Assembly (NCBI GenBank): GCA_963763775.1
Contig: CAVXPZ010000003.1
Location: 64,001-128,000 of the forward strand
Length of the DNA: 64,000 bases
Reading direction: 5' to 3'
From: an uncultured Chloroflexia bacterium
Lineage (GTDB): Bacteria; Chloroflexota; Limnocylindria; Limnocylindrales; CSP1-4
Made by a program: the position numbers and the translations under genes. The notes beneath the pieces are model-generated. The model made no database searches. It was not told where the DNA came from and was given only the letters and a program-made list of their open reading frames with translations. How positions within the stretch are numbered: the first letter of the stretch is position 1; each line of letters opens with the position of its first letter. Shown piece by piece: positions 52,331 to 62,225 of the stretch.

Positions 52331-53683
52331 ATGAACGACGACCGCGCCCGGGACGCGCTCGCGCTCGCGGAGGCGGCGATCGCCCATGCCGAGCGCGAAG
52401 GGGCGACGGAGGCCGAGGCGCTGGTCATGGCCGACGACGCAGCCCTCACCCGATTCGCGAACAGCCAGATCCATCAGAACGTGGCCGAGACCAACGTCGT
52501 GATCAACCTGCGCTTCGTCGTCGGCAAGCGCGTGGCCGTGGCCTCGTCCGGCCGCACGGACGACGAGGGGCTCCGCCGGCTCGCATCGAATGCCGCCGCG
52601 ATCGCCGGGGTGGTCGAGGAACTCGATGACTGGAGCGGGCTGCCCGGCCCGTCGACGGCCGATGACGTCGCGGCCGCCTACAGCACGGCCACGGCCGAGG
52701 CGAGCCCGGAGTCACGTGCCGAGGGCGTCCGACAGGTCATCGCCGCGGCCGACGAGGCGGGGGTCGTCGCCTACGGCTCGTTCTCGACCGGCACCGAGAC
52801 GTTCGCCGTCGCGAACTCGAAGGGCGCCCGCCAGAGCGGGACGCGCACGGTCTCGCAGCTGCTGACGGTGTCGATGGGCCCGGACGGCGGGACGGGCTAC
52901 GCGGAGGCGGCCGCCGTCGACAGCACGACCATCGACGCGGCGGCCATCGGCCGCGAGTCGGCGGCCAAGGCGCGAGCGACGGCGAACGCGGTCGCCATCG
53001 ATGCGGGCGACTACCCGGTGGTGCTCGAGGAGTACGCGGTGGTCGACATCCTCGACATGCTCGGCTACCTCGGGTTCTCGGCCCTCGCCGTCCAGGAGGG
53101 CCGGAGCTTCGTGGAGCCCGGCCGCCGGATCGGCTCCGACCTCGTGACGATCACCGACGACGGCCGCGACCCGCTCGGCCTGCCGCTCTGGTTCGACTTC
53201 GAGGGGGTCGCCAAGCAGCGCATCCCGCTCGTGGACGCCGGGGTCTGCCGCGGCGTCGTGTACGACTCGCAGACGGCGGCACGGGACGGGGTCGCCTCCA
53301 CCGGCCATGGGCTGCCGGCCCCCAACTCCTACGGCCCGTTCCCGCTGAACCTGGTCATGGACGCCGGCTCGACGTCGCGCGAGGACCTCGTCGCCGGCCT
53401 GGATCGCGGTCTGCTCGTGACCCGCTTCCACTACACGAACCCGGTCCACCCCAAGCTGGCGATCGTGACCGGCATGACCCGCGACGGCACGTTCCTCGTC
53501 GAGGACGGGAAGATCGTGGCCCCGGTCCGGAACCTGCGCTTCACGCAGAGCTACCTCGACGCGCTGGCCGGGACGGTCGCCGTGTCCACGGAGCGCAAGA
53601 CGCTCAAGGGCTTCCTCGGCGGTGTCGTGGTCCCGGCGGTCCGCCTCGAGGGGTGGACCTTCACTGGTACTACCGAGCACTGA
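52331..53683 (+). CDS. tldE: TldE/PmbA family protein
   Basis: TRFANSQIHQN, GDYPVVLE, FDFEG, STGHG, TGMTRDG, NLRF; no HExxH; follows tldD. Confidence 0.88.
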   Translation: MNDDRARDALALAEAAIAHAEREGATEAEALVMADDAALTRFANSQIHQNVAETNVVINLRFVVGKRVAVASSGRTDDEGLRRLASNAAAIAGVVEELDDWSGLPGPSTADDVAAAYSTATAEASPESRAEGVRQVIAAADEAGVVAYGSFSTGTETFAVANSKGARQSGTRTVSQLLTVSMGPDGGTGYAEAAAVDSTTIDAAAIGRESAAKARATANAVAIDAGDYPVVLEEYAVVDILDMLGYLGFSALAVQEGRSFVEPGRRIGSDLVTITDDGRDPLGLPLWFDFEGVAKQRIPLVDAGVCRGVVYDSQTAARDGVASTGHGLPAPNSYGPFPLNLVMDAGSTSREDLVAGLDRGLLVTRFHYTNPVHPKLAIVTGMTRDGTFLVEDGKIVAPVRNLRFTQSYLDALAGTVAVSTERKTLKGFLGGVVVPAVRLEGWTFTGTTEH

Positions 53684-53716
53684 CGTCCCGGTGCGGGAGC
53701 CGTCTAGCCTCCCGTC

Positions 53717-54640
53717 ATGACCGACATCTGGGTCTGCTCGAACTGCGCATCCGTCAACCGCCAGCGCTCGTCCAGCTGCTACAAGTGCGGCGCACCGCAG
53801 ACCGACGCGACGGGGGCCATGGCGGAGCATCGCGTGGTCGAGGCCGTCGCGAACCGCTCGGTCCGCAGGTATCGCGGCTCGACCCTGATCTTCCTCGTGG
53901 CCTCCGCCCTGGTCCTGGCCGTGGCGACGCTCGGCCTCGTCATCCTCCTGGACAGCCTCCGCGACGTCGATGCCATCCGATCGGCGCTCGTCACCGCCAT
54001 CCAGACGCGGACCCCGTCCGGCGAGGCGCTCGCCGCCGGGGCCGACCGGCTGGCGGGCGCGGAGCAGCTCCACCTCGTCCTGCTGCTGGCCGCGGTCGTG
54101 GCCTTCGGTGCGTGGCTCAGCCGCGTCGTATCGAACATCCCGACGCTCGGCGGCGGGATCCCCGCGACCTCACCGACCCGGGCGTTCATCTACCCGTGCA
54201 TCCCGCTCTGGAACCTCATCAAGGTCCCCGGGATCATGCAGGACGTCCTGTATCGGCTGGATCCCAAGGCCGGCGGCTTCTTCATGATCCTCATCGCCTG
54301 GTTCGGCCTGGTCGGCAGCTGGTTCGTCAGCCTGATCGGTGGCTGGGTCATCGCCTTCGTCGGGGTCCGCGACGTCACGGTCGCCGCCCAGGCGCGCTCG
54401 ACCGACGCCATCGTGGCGGCCGCGGTCCGGGCGTTCGACCAGCTCATCGCGCTGGAGGTCGTGACCGCCCTGATGGTGGCCGGCGGTGCGGCCGTGCTCG
54501 TCCTGGTCATGGCCCGGATCGAGCGGCGAGCGAAGGCGCGCGATGCTGAGATCCGCGCGGCGGCGGCCGCAGCGTTCGGGACCGGCGCGGCCGGGGTGGC
54601 TGAGTCAGCATCTGGCGAGGGCATGCCCGGCACCGTCTAG
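53717..54640 (+). CDS. DUF4328-like membrane protein with N-terminal RanBP2-type zinc finger
   Basis: WVCSNCASVNRQRSSSCYKC; WLSRVVSN...IPLWNL..P; TAGCCT -10 lies 6 nt upstream. Confidence 0.7.
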   Translation: MTDIWVCSNCASVNRQRSSSCYKCGAPQTDATGAMAEHRVVEAVANRSVRRYRGSTLIFLVASALVLAVATLGLVILLDSLRDVDAIRSALVTAIQTRTPSGEALAAGADRLAGAEQLHLVLLLAAVVAFGAWLSRVVSNIPTLGGGIPATSPTRAFIYPCIPLWNLIKVPGIMQDVLYRLDPKAGGFFMILIAWFGLVGSWFVSLIGGWVIAFVGVRDVTVAAQARSTDAIVAAAVRAFDQLIALEVVTALMVAGGAAVLVLVMARIERRAKARDAEIRAAAAAAFGTGAAGVAESASGEGMPGTV

Positions 54641-54774
54641 CGCGACGGGCCGCGTCACAGGGCGACGGGCCGCGCCACCGCGATATCGCCCCTTCGCGTG
54701 ACCACGCGAGCTGAGGCCGTTGGGGTACGCTCGGCGCTGACCTAGCGACAACCCACGACGCCCCCGGAGGACCG

Positions 54775-56043
54775 ATGCCCGCGTTCGATGTCGATGCCCT
54801 GCGCGCCGAATTCCCGGCGCTCGCCCGCGAGCAGGACGGCCAGCCTGTCGCCTTCCTCGATGGACCCGGCGGGACCCAGGTGCCGCAGCGGGTGATCGAC
54901 GCGGTCGTCGGCTACTACCGCGACATGAACGCGAACCACGAGGGTGCCTTCGCGACCAGCGCCCTCTCCGATGCGACGGTCGACGAGGCCCACGCCGCGG
55001 TCGCGGACTTCCTGGGTGCCGCCTCGCCGGACGAGATCAAGTTCGGTCAGAACATGTCGAGCCTGACGCTCCACATCGGGCGCTGCATCGGGTCGACCCT
55101 GGGGCCACGCGACGAGATCGTCGTCACGACGCTCGACCACGAGGCGAACGTCTCGACCTGGAAGGCGATGGCCGCCGACCGGGGGGTCACGGTCCACCAG
55201 GTCGACATCCGCCCCGACGATGTCACCCTGGACCTCGAGGACCTGGAGTCCAAGCTCGGACCGCGCACGCGCCTGGTCGCCGTCGGGTATGCGAGCAACG
55301 CGGTCGGGACGATCAACCCGGTCAAGGCGATCATCGAGCGCGCCCATGAGGTCGGCGCGCTGACGTTCGTCGACGCGGTGGCGTACGCGCCCCACGGCCC
55401 GATCGACGTCCAGGCGCTCGACACGGACTTCCTCGCGACCTCGGTCTACAAGTGGTTCGGGCCGCACCTCGGTGCGCTCTACGGCAAGGCCACCGTCCTC
55501 GACGACCTGCCGGCGTTCAAGGTCCGTCCCGCGACCGACCGGTTCGAGACCGGGACGCAGTCGTTCGAGTCGATCGCCGGCGCCCTGGCGGCCACCGACT
55601 ATCTCCGCGACGTCGGCCGGACCTACGGGGATCCCGGCGCGGCGCCCGGGGCCGAGGGTGGCAGCGAGCGCCGACGCGAGCTGGTCGCCGGCATGGTCGC
55701 GATCGCCGACTACGAGCGCGCCCTGGTGACCCGCCTCATCGAGGGCCTCGGCCGCATCGCCGGTGTCACGATCCACGGCATCACGGACCCGGCGCGGTTC
55801 GCCGCCGAGCGCGTGCCGACGGTCTCGATCTCGATCGACGGGGTCCATCCGCACGATGCCGCCGAGACCCTCGGACGCCAGGGCATCTACGTGTGGGACG
55901 GTGACTTCTACGCCACGAGCCTCATCGAGGCGCTCGGCAAGGCGGAGACCGGGGGCGTGCTGCGTATCGGCCTCGTCCACTACAACACGGCCGCCGAGGT
56001 GGACCGGACGCTCGACGCGCTCGAGGCGATCGCCGCGCGGTGA
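54775..56043 (+). CDS. Cysteine desulfurase-like PLP enzyme (class V, VC1184/Rv3778c type)
   Basis: LDGPGGTQVP, LDHEANV, ASNAVGT, VDAV.YAPH, PLP lysine SVYKWFGPH, FETGT; GGAGG RBS. Confidence 0.92.
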   Translation: MPAFDVDALRAEFPALAREQDGQPVAFLDGPGGTQVPQRVIDAVVGYYRDMNANHEGAFATSALSDATVDEAHAAVADFLGAASPDEIKFGQNMSSLTLHIGRCIGSTLGPRDEIVVTTLDHEANVSTWKAMAADRGVTVHQVDIRPDDVTLDLEDLESKLGPRTRLVAVGYASNAVGTINPVKAIIERAHEVGALTFVDAVAYAPHGPIDVQALDTDFLATSVYKWFGPHLGALYGKATVLDDLPAFKVRPATDRFETGTQSFESIAGALAATDYLRDVGRTYGDPGAAPGAEGGSERRRELVAGMVAIADYERALVTRLIEGLGRIAGVTIHGITDPARFAAERVPTVSISIDGVHPHDAAETLGRQGIYVWDGDFYATSLIEALGKAETGGVLRIGLVHYNTAAEVDRTLDALEAIAAR

Positions 56044-56501
56044 GCGACGGCGAGCCGGGTCCGTCCATCCAGGCGCGGCTCGCCCGCGGGTTCGACCCGG
56101 TCGAGCTGCGCCGGATCAAGCGGCTCTGGGTCCGGCACTCCATCGCGGAGGACCGGCGGGACATCGACGGCCTGATCGCCACGCTCGCACCGGATTGCGT
56201 CTACGAGATCGTCGTGACGGGCCAGCGATGGACGGGCCACGAAGGCGCCCGCGGCTTCTACACGGAACTCTTCGCGGCGTTCCCGGACAACGCGTTCGCC
56301 CTCTCGGAGATCGTCGTGGGCCCGCAGGGCGTCATGGAGGTCGCGACGCTCACGGGCACGAACCAGGGCCCATGGGCCGGCGCGCCCGCGTCCGGGATGC
56401 CGGTCAGCCTGGAGGTCCTCATCCTCTTCCCGTGGGACCCGGGCACCGGGCGGTTCCTCGGCGAGCGGATCTGGTTCGACCGAGGGTCGCTGCCCCGCTG
56501 A
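56040..56501 (+). CDS. SnoaL-like ester cyclase / NTF2-fold protein
   Basis: H..AE...D.DGL..T, FY..LFAAFPD, GTNQGPWAG.P.SG, GERIWFD; GTGA-coupled to the upstream gene. Confidence 0.85.
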   Translation: MSDGEPGPSIQARLARGFDPVELRRIKRLWVRHSIAEDRRDIDGLIATLAPDCVYEIVVTGQRWTGHEGARGFYTELFAAFPDNAFALSEIVVGPQGVMEVATLTGTNQGPWAGAPASGMPVSLEVLILFPWDPGTGRFLGERIWFDRGSLPR

Positions 56502-56581
56502 CCGGGGCGACCACGGGCGGGTTGCACTCGATCACGCCCCCTCCCCTCGATCCCGCCTCGACCGCGGCCACCGATCAGCCC

Positions 56582-56731
56582 ATGGCACCGGGAACATCGA
56601 TCGATCTCTGGATCGCGGACGCCGGCTACCTGGTCGCATTGGGATCGGTCGACGTCGGTCCCGACCAGCGCAGCTCCATCCAGGTCACCGCCATCAACGA
56701 CCCGAAGAACGTCGTCAAGCGACCGTCCTAG
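56582..56731 (+). pseudogene. Probable C-terminal remnant of an exported/lipoprotein gene
   Basis: Short protein-like frame IDLWIADAGYLV...SIQVTAINDPKNVVKRPS with no RBS or signal peptide. Confidence 0.35.
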
Positions 56732-59598
56732 GACGCCGCGAGCATCCAGATCCCGGGATCCGGGTCGGCCGGGTCGCCGCCGACCTCCGCGAACGCCGCC
56801 ACCGCGCGGCGGAGATGGTCGCGTGACTCAGGCTCGCGGGCGGCCGCGTGGAGCATGTCCGCCAGGTGGTTCTCGACGGCCGCCTCCAGATGGCGGTCCC
56901 CGATCCGACGGCAGGTCGCCAGGGCGGTCTCACCACGGGCCAGGGCACCATCGATGTCACCCTCCGCGGCGTCTGCCATCGCGAGCCCGACGAGCGCCGA
57001 GATCCCGGCGATCGGGTCCGGGTCTTCGGCGGCCGCGGCCAGGGCGAGGTCGAGGGACCGACGCGCGGCAGCGGTGTCGCCTCGATCGAGCTCGGTCAGG
57101 CCGATGCTCCGGTGCGCGGCACCGATCGAGACGGTATCGCCCGCGGCCGTCGCGTCGGCGAGAGCCGCCCGGGCCGCCGTCGCCGCGCCGTCGATGTCGC
57201 CGGTGCGCCGTCGGACCAGCGCTCGATCGACCAGCATCCGGGCTCGGAGCCCACGGTCATCGGCCGCCGCGAGGCCGGCCTCGAGATATCGGTCTGCGGC
57301 GGTCAGGTCGCCGCGTCGGAAGTGCGCCCTGGCGAGGGACAGCTCCAACGGCGGCAATTCGGCCGGCGAGGCCAGCGCGGCGGCCGACTCCAGGGCCGCG
57401 ATGGCACCGGCATAGTCGCCCAGCCGCGTCCGAAGCGCCCCGATCGCCGCGTACAGCCCGACGACATCCGGGTGACCGAGGGCCACGGCCGCCGAGTAGT
57501 GGCTGATGGCATCGGCATTCGCGAACAAGCCGGCGGCGCGGTCCCCGGCCTCGCGGAACGCCTCGGCGGCATCGGCGTCGCGGCCGGCGTCCCGCTCGTG
57601 CTGGGCGATCTGGACCAGACGGCCCAGGTCGTCGCGACCGACGCCCCCAAGGTCCATGCGGAGCGCTTCCGCGATCCGGCGGTGCAGCAGCCGGCGGCGG
57701 GCCAGGCTGGTCGACTCGTCCGCGAGGTCGCGAAGCGCGGCGTGCGCGAAGTCGTAGCGGATCCCCAGGCGGTTCGGCGACGTCGTGGACGGCGCGGGCG
57801 GTGAGGTCGCCGCCACGGACCGGGCGCGGGGCTCGGCAAGCTCGCGGATCAGGCCCCGCCGCAGGAGTTCGTCGAGGGCCTGGATGGTCTCGTCCTCGGA
57901 CCGACCGCTCGCGTGCCTGACGGTCGCGAGGTCGAACGACCGCCCGATCGCGGCCGCGGCGGCGAGCATCTGTTCGGCGACGCCGTCGACCGACGCCAGC
58001 CGCTGACGCAGCACGGCCCGCACGCCGTCGGGCATCCCGTCGCCTGGCGCCGCGCCGCTGGCGAGGACCTCGACGACGTAGAGCGGCAATCCTTCGGACG
58101 CGGCGACCAGTGGGTCGACGAACGATCGCGCCGGGGCCGACACGCCCGGTCGCCGCGACGACCAGGGCCTCGACATCGTCGCGGTCGAGCCGTTCGAGGT
58201 CGACCGTCGTCACGCGCGGCAGCGCCTCGACCTGACGGGCGAACGCGCGAGCGGCGGCGTCGAGCTCCTCGTGGCGCCACGTCAGCACCAGGACGAGCGG
58301 CCGATCGGCCAGGCGGCGCGCCAGGTAGGCGAGGGCCTCGAGGGATCCGGCGTCGACCCACTGGACGTCGTCGACCCAGACGATCCCCGGCGCGGCACCA
58401 CTTGACGGCGGCCGCGAGCGCCGCCGCGATCGCGGCGACCAGGCGGGCATGCGCACCGGGGCCGTCGACATCGGTCCCGCGTCCGGCCCCATCGATCGTC
58501 GGCAGGAGCCGATGGAGGTCGGCAAGGACCGGTGCGTCGAGCCGGCGGATCCGTGCGAGCGCGGCCGGGTCGGCCTGACCGGCGCGAAGCAGCTCGACGA
58601 TCGGACCGTAGGCGATCGCCTGCTCGGCGGCGTGCGCGCGGGCGGCGAGGACCGTCGCTCCGGCGGCCCGCGCCGCGGCCACGAACGTCTCGGCCAGGCG
58701 AGTCTTGCCGATCCCGGCCTCGCCGGAGAGGACCACGACCCGGCCGTCCGGAGTCGCGCCGGCGTGGGCGTCGGCAAGCATGGCCAGGGGACCGTCGCGG
58801 CCGACCATCGGCAGACCGCCGTGGACGACGCCGGCCGCGACGTCACGAGGAGCCGGCATCGGCCGGGACGGCATCGCGGATCGCCTCGTATCGCGCCGTC
58901 GTCTCGGGCAGCGGCGCGACGCCGAGCTCGCGTTCGAGCGTCGCGACGCAGATCCGGTACTGGCGCATCGCGGCGGCACGGTCGCCGGTGGCGGCGTAGA
59001 GATCCATGAGGCGCACGTGCGCCCCTTCGTCCAGCGGGTCGAGGTCCACGCGATGCGCGGCCGCCGCGACCGCACCGGGCAGGTCCCCTGCCGCCTCGAG
59101 CGTCGCCGACAGCCGGTCCAGCACCGCGTTCACGGTCCGTTCGGCCGCGATCGCGCGGGCGGCTCGCCAGTCGTCGAAGTCCGGGCTGTCACGGAGCGTG
59201 AACCCGGCGAGGAACGGGCCCCGCGCCAGCGCGGCCGCGCGCTGGAGATCCGCGAGGTCCGGGGAGCGCGCCAGCGTCTCGAGGTCCTGCACATCGATGC
59301 GGACGCGGTCGCGGACCAGATCGACCCTCGATCGATCGACGAGGATCGCGACGTCGCCGACCGCGGCCCGCAAGGCCGACAGCGTGCGCCGAAGCGCCCC
59401 GCGCGCGGACGTGTCGTCCGCATCCGGCCACAGGAGGGCGGCGAGCTCCTCGCGAGCGTACGGGCGCTGGTCGGCCGCGAGGACGGCGAGGATCGCGACG
59501 GCCTTCCGGGTGTCGACGACGAGTGGGACGCCGGACACGAGGATCTCTGGCGGGCCGAGCAGGCGGATGTCGAGCCGCGGTGGCTCTCGCTTCGTCAC
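56728..59598 (-). CDS. SARP/BTAD-AAA ATPase-TPR transcriptional regulator, frameshifts near 58868, 58402 and 58147
   Basis: IRLLGPP, REELAALLWPD, ALRRTLS, GPFLAGF, DPLDE...LM.LY (BTAD); VGR, SGEAGIGKT, DDVQWVD, SEGLPLY, YDFAH, TPR-like helices. Each junction is fixed by removing one base from a short homopolymer. The BTAD part (58843-59598) could be a separate gene. Confidence 0.82.
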
Positions 59599-59600
59599 CG

Positions 59601-59648
59601 CGTAACGGTACTCAACGGCGAGCCCATCCCGTAACGTTCCGGTGACGC
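59601..59648. promoter_or_regulatory. Candidate SARP-binding direct repeats overlapping the regulator's -10 box
   Basis: GTAACG (59602), TCAACG (59612), GTAACG (59631), GTGACG (59642); minus-strand TACCGT at 59605-59610, 6 nt before GTG. Confidence 0.45.
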
Positions 59649-59760
59649 CGACCCGCGAGGATCACCCGATGCCGTCACCGGACCGGACTTGCCCGCGCCG
59701 CCCGCCGATCGCCGCGACGTCACCCGGCGCCGACCGGTGGCTCGCCGTGGCCGCCCGCCC

Positions 59761-60970
59761 ATGAGCCACCGGCGGACCCTGGCCCTCGTCCTGTGGGTGA
59801 TGATCGTGACCGCGGCGGCGATCGCGACGCTCCTCGTGATCGCGACGCGCGACACGCCCGTTCCGACGTCGTGGGGATTTCGCGGCGCATCCGAGGCGTT
59901 CGCCGTCGCCTGCGGGACGGTCGGGGCGATCGTCGGCCTGCGGCGTCCCGAGAACTCGATCGGCTGGCTGTTCGTGGCGATCGGCCTCTGCTTCGCCGGT
60001 CAGGCGCTGATCAACGAGTACGTCGTCGCCAGCATCGTTCGTCGTCGCCGGCGGCCTGCCCGCCACGACGTTCCTCGCCTGGACGCTGACGTGGTCGTGG
60101 GTTCCCGCGCTCGCGATCTCGCTGATCTTCCTGCCTCTCCTGTTCCCGACGGGGCACCTGCTCTCGCCGAGGTGGCGAACCGTCGCGGTCCTTGGCGTCA
60201 TCGCCACCGTCGCCTTCGCCGCCGCCGCGGCGTTCATCCCAGGGCCGATCCAGCAGGCGGTCTTCGTCGACAATCCCTACGCCGGTCACGGGTTGGACAA
60301 GTCGACGTATACCAACGTCATCTTCGGGCCGACCTCGCTCGTCCTGGTGACCGCGATCGGACTCAGCATCGGCTCGCTGGTCATCCGGTTCCGGCGGTCG
60401 TCCACCGAGACGCGTCAGCAGATCAAGTGGTTCGCTCTGGCCGCGTTGGTCGCCGCCACGGCCTTCACCCTCTACGTCGCCGTCTCGTTCCTGGAACTGA
60501 CGTCGGCGACGAAGGCGCTCGAGATCGCGTCCGTCCTGTCCCTGATCGCCCTGCCGACGGCGGCGGGCCTGGCCATCCTCCGCTATCGCCTCTACGACAT
60601 CGACCGCATCATCAGCCGGACCCTCGGGTACATCGCCCTCACGGCCATCCTGTTCGGGATGTTCGCGCTCGTGACGGTGGCGCTCGAAGGGCTCATCAGC
60701 CCGATCACCGGGGGCGACTCGCTCGCGGTCGCGGCCTCGACGCTCCTGGTCGCCGCGCTCGTCGCGCCGATCCGCTCGCGGGTGCAGCGGGTCGTCGATC
60801 GCCGGTTCGACCGGGCACGGTACGACACCGAGCTGACCGCGGTCGCGTTCGGCGAGCGTCTGCGCGAGCAGGTCGACATGGCCGCGCTCACCGACGACCT
60901 GACGACCACCGTCCGGGCTGCGGTGGCGCCGCGGTCGCTCGGTCTGTGGTTGCGGACCGTCGATCGATGA
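59761..60970 (+). CDS. Polytopic sensor-like membrane protein, array copy 1, frameshift near 60039
   Basis: RRPENSIGW, FPTGHLLSPRWR, RFRRS...RQQIKW, LRYRLYDIDRIISRT, VDRRFDRARYD, LGLWLR. Confidence 0.82.
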
Positions 60971-62139
60971 CGGACGAGCGGCTGCGGCGCGCGGCCACCG
61001 GACTGGCCGTGGCATCGATCGCGGCGACCCTCGTCGGGATCGCCCTCACGATCGCCGCGTCCACGTTCGATCTCGCGACGGGGCCGTCGTTGATCGTGGC
61101 TGGCGTCGTCTACGCCGCCATCGGTGCTCGGATCGTCCGACGGCAGCCCAGGAACCCGGTCGGATGGCTTCTGCTCGGGAGTGGCCTCAGCTTCGCCATC
61201 ACGCTCGTGCTCGACGATTACGCGTCGCTGGCGGTCGCGACGGACCCATCGCTGTTCGCGGCGTCGTTCGCGGCGTGGCTGGGCGCCTGGACGTGGATCC
61301 CTGGCGCCGCGATGTTCCTGGTCTTCGTGCCCCTCGTCTTTCCCGACGGCCGCGTCCTGTCGCGGCGATGGTGGTGGTTCGCGGTCGTCGTGGCCGTCAT
61401 GGTCACGCTGGACACCCTCGCGCATGCCGCCGCCGGCTGGCCGCACGTCGGCGACCTCGCGTATCTCACGGGCACGTTCAACGCCGGCAGCGAACCGGGT
61501 CTCATGGGCGTGGCTGCCGACCAGCTCGATTCCTGGTTCGTCCTGGCCATGGTGTCGGTCGTTTCGATCGTGGTCCGGTTCCGCCGGTCGAGCGGCACGG
61601 AGCGGCTGCAGGTCCGCTGGTTCGCCCTGGCGATCGCGATCGCGGCCGTCGCGATCCTGATCGAGGGGGCGATCTTCGAGGACCCGGGCGGTCCGCTGCT
61701 CCTCATCGCGATCACGGTCATCCCGATCTCGATCGGCGTCGCCATGCTCCGCTACCGGTTGTACGACCTCGACCGCCTCGTGTCTCGGACGATCGCGTAT
61801 GGCCTGGTGACCGGGGCGCTCGTCGCGGCCTACGCCGCCCTCATCCTGTTGCTCGAGGGCCCGCTCAGCTCGCTGACGGGTGGCGACACGGTCGCCGTCG
61901 CCCTGTCCACGCTGATCGTCGCGGCGATGTTCCAGCCGATCCTTCGACGAGTCCGGCGACTCGTCGACAGCCGATTCGACCGGGCTCGATATGACGGTGA
62001 GCGCACGGCGTCCGCGTTCGCGGGACGGATGCGCGGCGCGGCGGACCTTGAGGCGGTCAGCGCCGATCTGGGCTCGACGGTGCGTGGAGCGATGGTGCCC
62101 TCTGGTCTCGGGTTGTGGCTCCGCGGGTCGCACCGATGA
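60967..62139 (+). CDS. Polytopic sensor-like membrane protein, array copy 2
   Basis: ATGA overlap; RQPRNPVGW, FPDGRVLSRRW, ERLQVRW, LRYRLYDLDRLVSRT, VDSRFDRARYD, LGLWLRG. Confidence 0.85.
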   Translation: MTDERLRRAATGLAVASIAATLVGIALTIAASTFDLATGPSLIVAGVVYAAIGARIVRRQPRNPVGWLLLGSGLSFAITLVLDDYASLAVATDPSLFAASFAAWLGAWTWIPGAAMFLVFVPLVFPDGRVLSRRWWWFAVVVAVMVTLDTLAHAAAGWPHVGDLAYLTGTFNAGSEPGLMGVAADQLDSWFVLAMVSVVSIVVRFRRSSGTERLQVRWFALAIAIAAVAILIEGAIFEDPGGPLLLIAITVIPISIGVAMLRYRLYDLDRLVSRTIAYGLVTGALVAAYAALILLLEGPLSSLTGGDTVAVALSTLIVAAMFQPILRRVRRLVDSRFDRARYDGERTASAFAGRMRGAADLEAVSADLGSTVRGAMVPSGLGLWLRGSHR

Positions 62140-62225
62140 CCGCGGCGACACGCGCGGGCGTGACCGTCAACGAGACGATCTCGCCCTCGAGCGTGGGCGT
62201 GTGGATCCGTGGGGCCGGGCATTGA
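62136..62225 (+). pseudogene. 29-codon in-frame deletion remnant of an array paralog
   Basis: MTAATRAGVTVNETISPSSVGVWIRGAGH; tail matches paralog C-termini; ATGA and TTGA overlaps with both neighbours. Confidence 0.65.

Noticed and set aside
50839-53683. tldDE as part of a RiPP cluster
   Set aside because: No precursor peptide, YcaO or other modifying enzyme nearby; tldDE is a common standalone pair.
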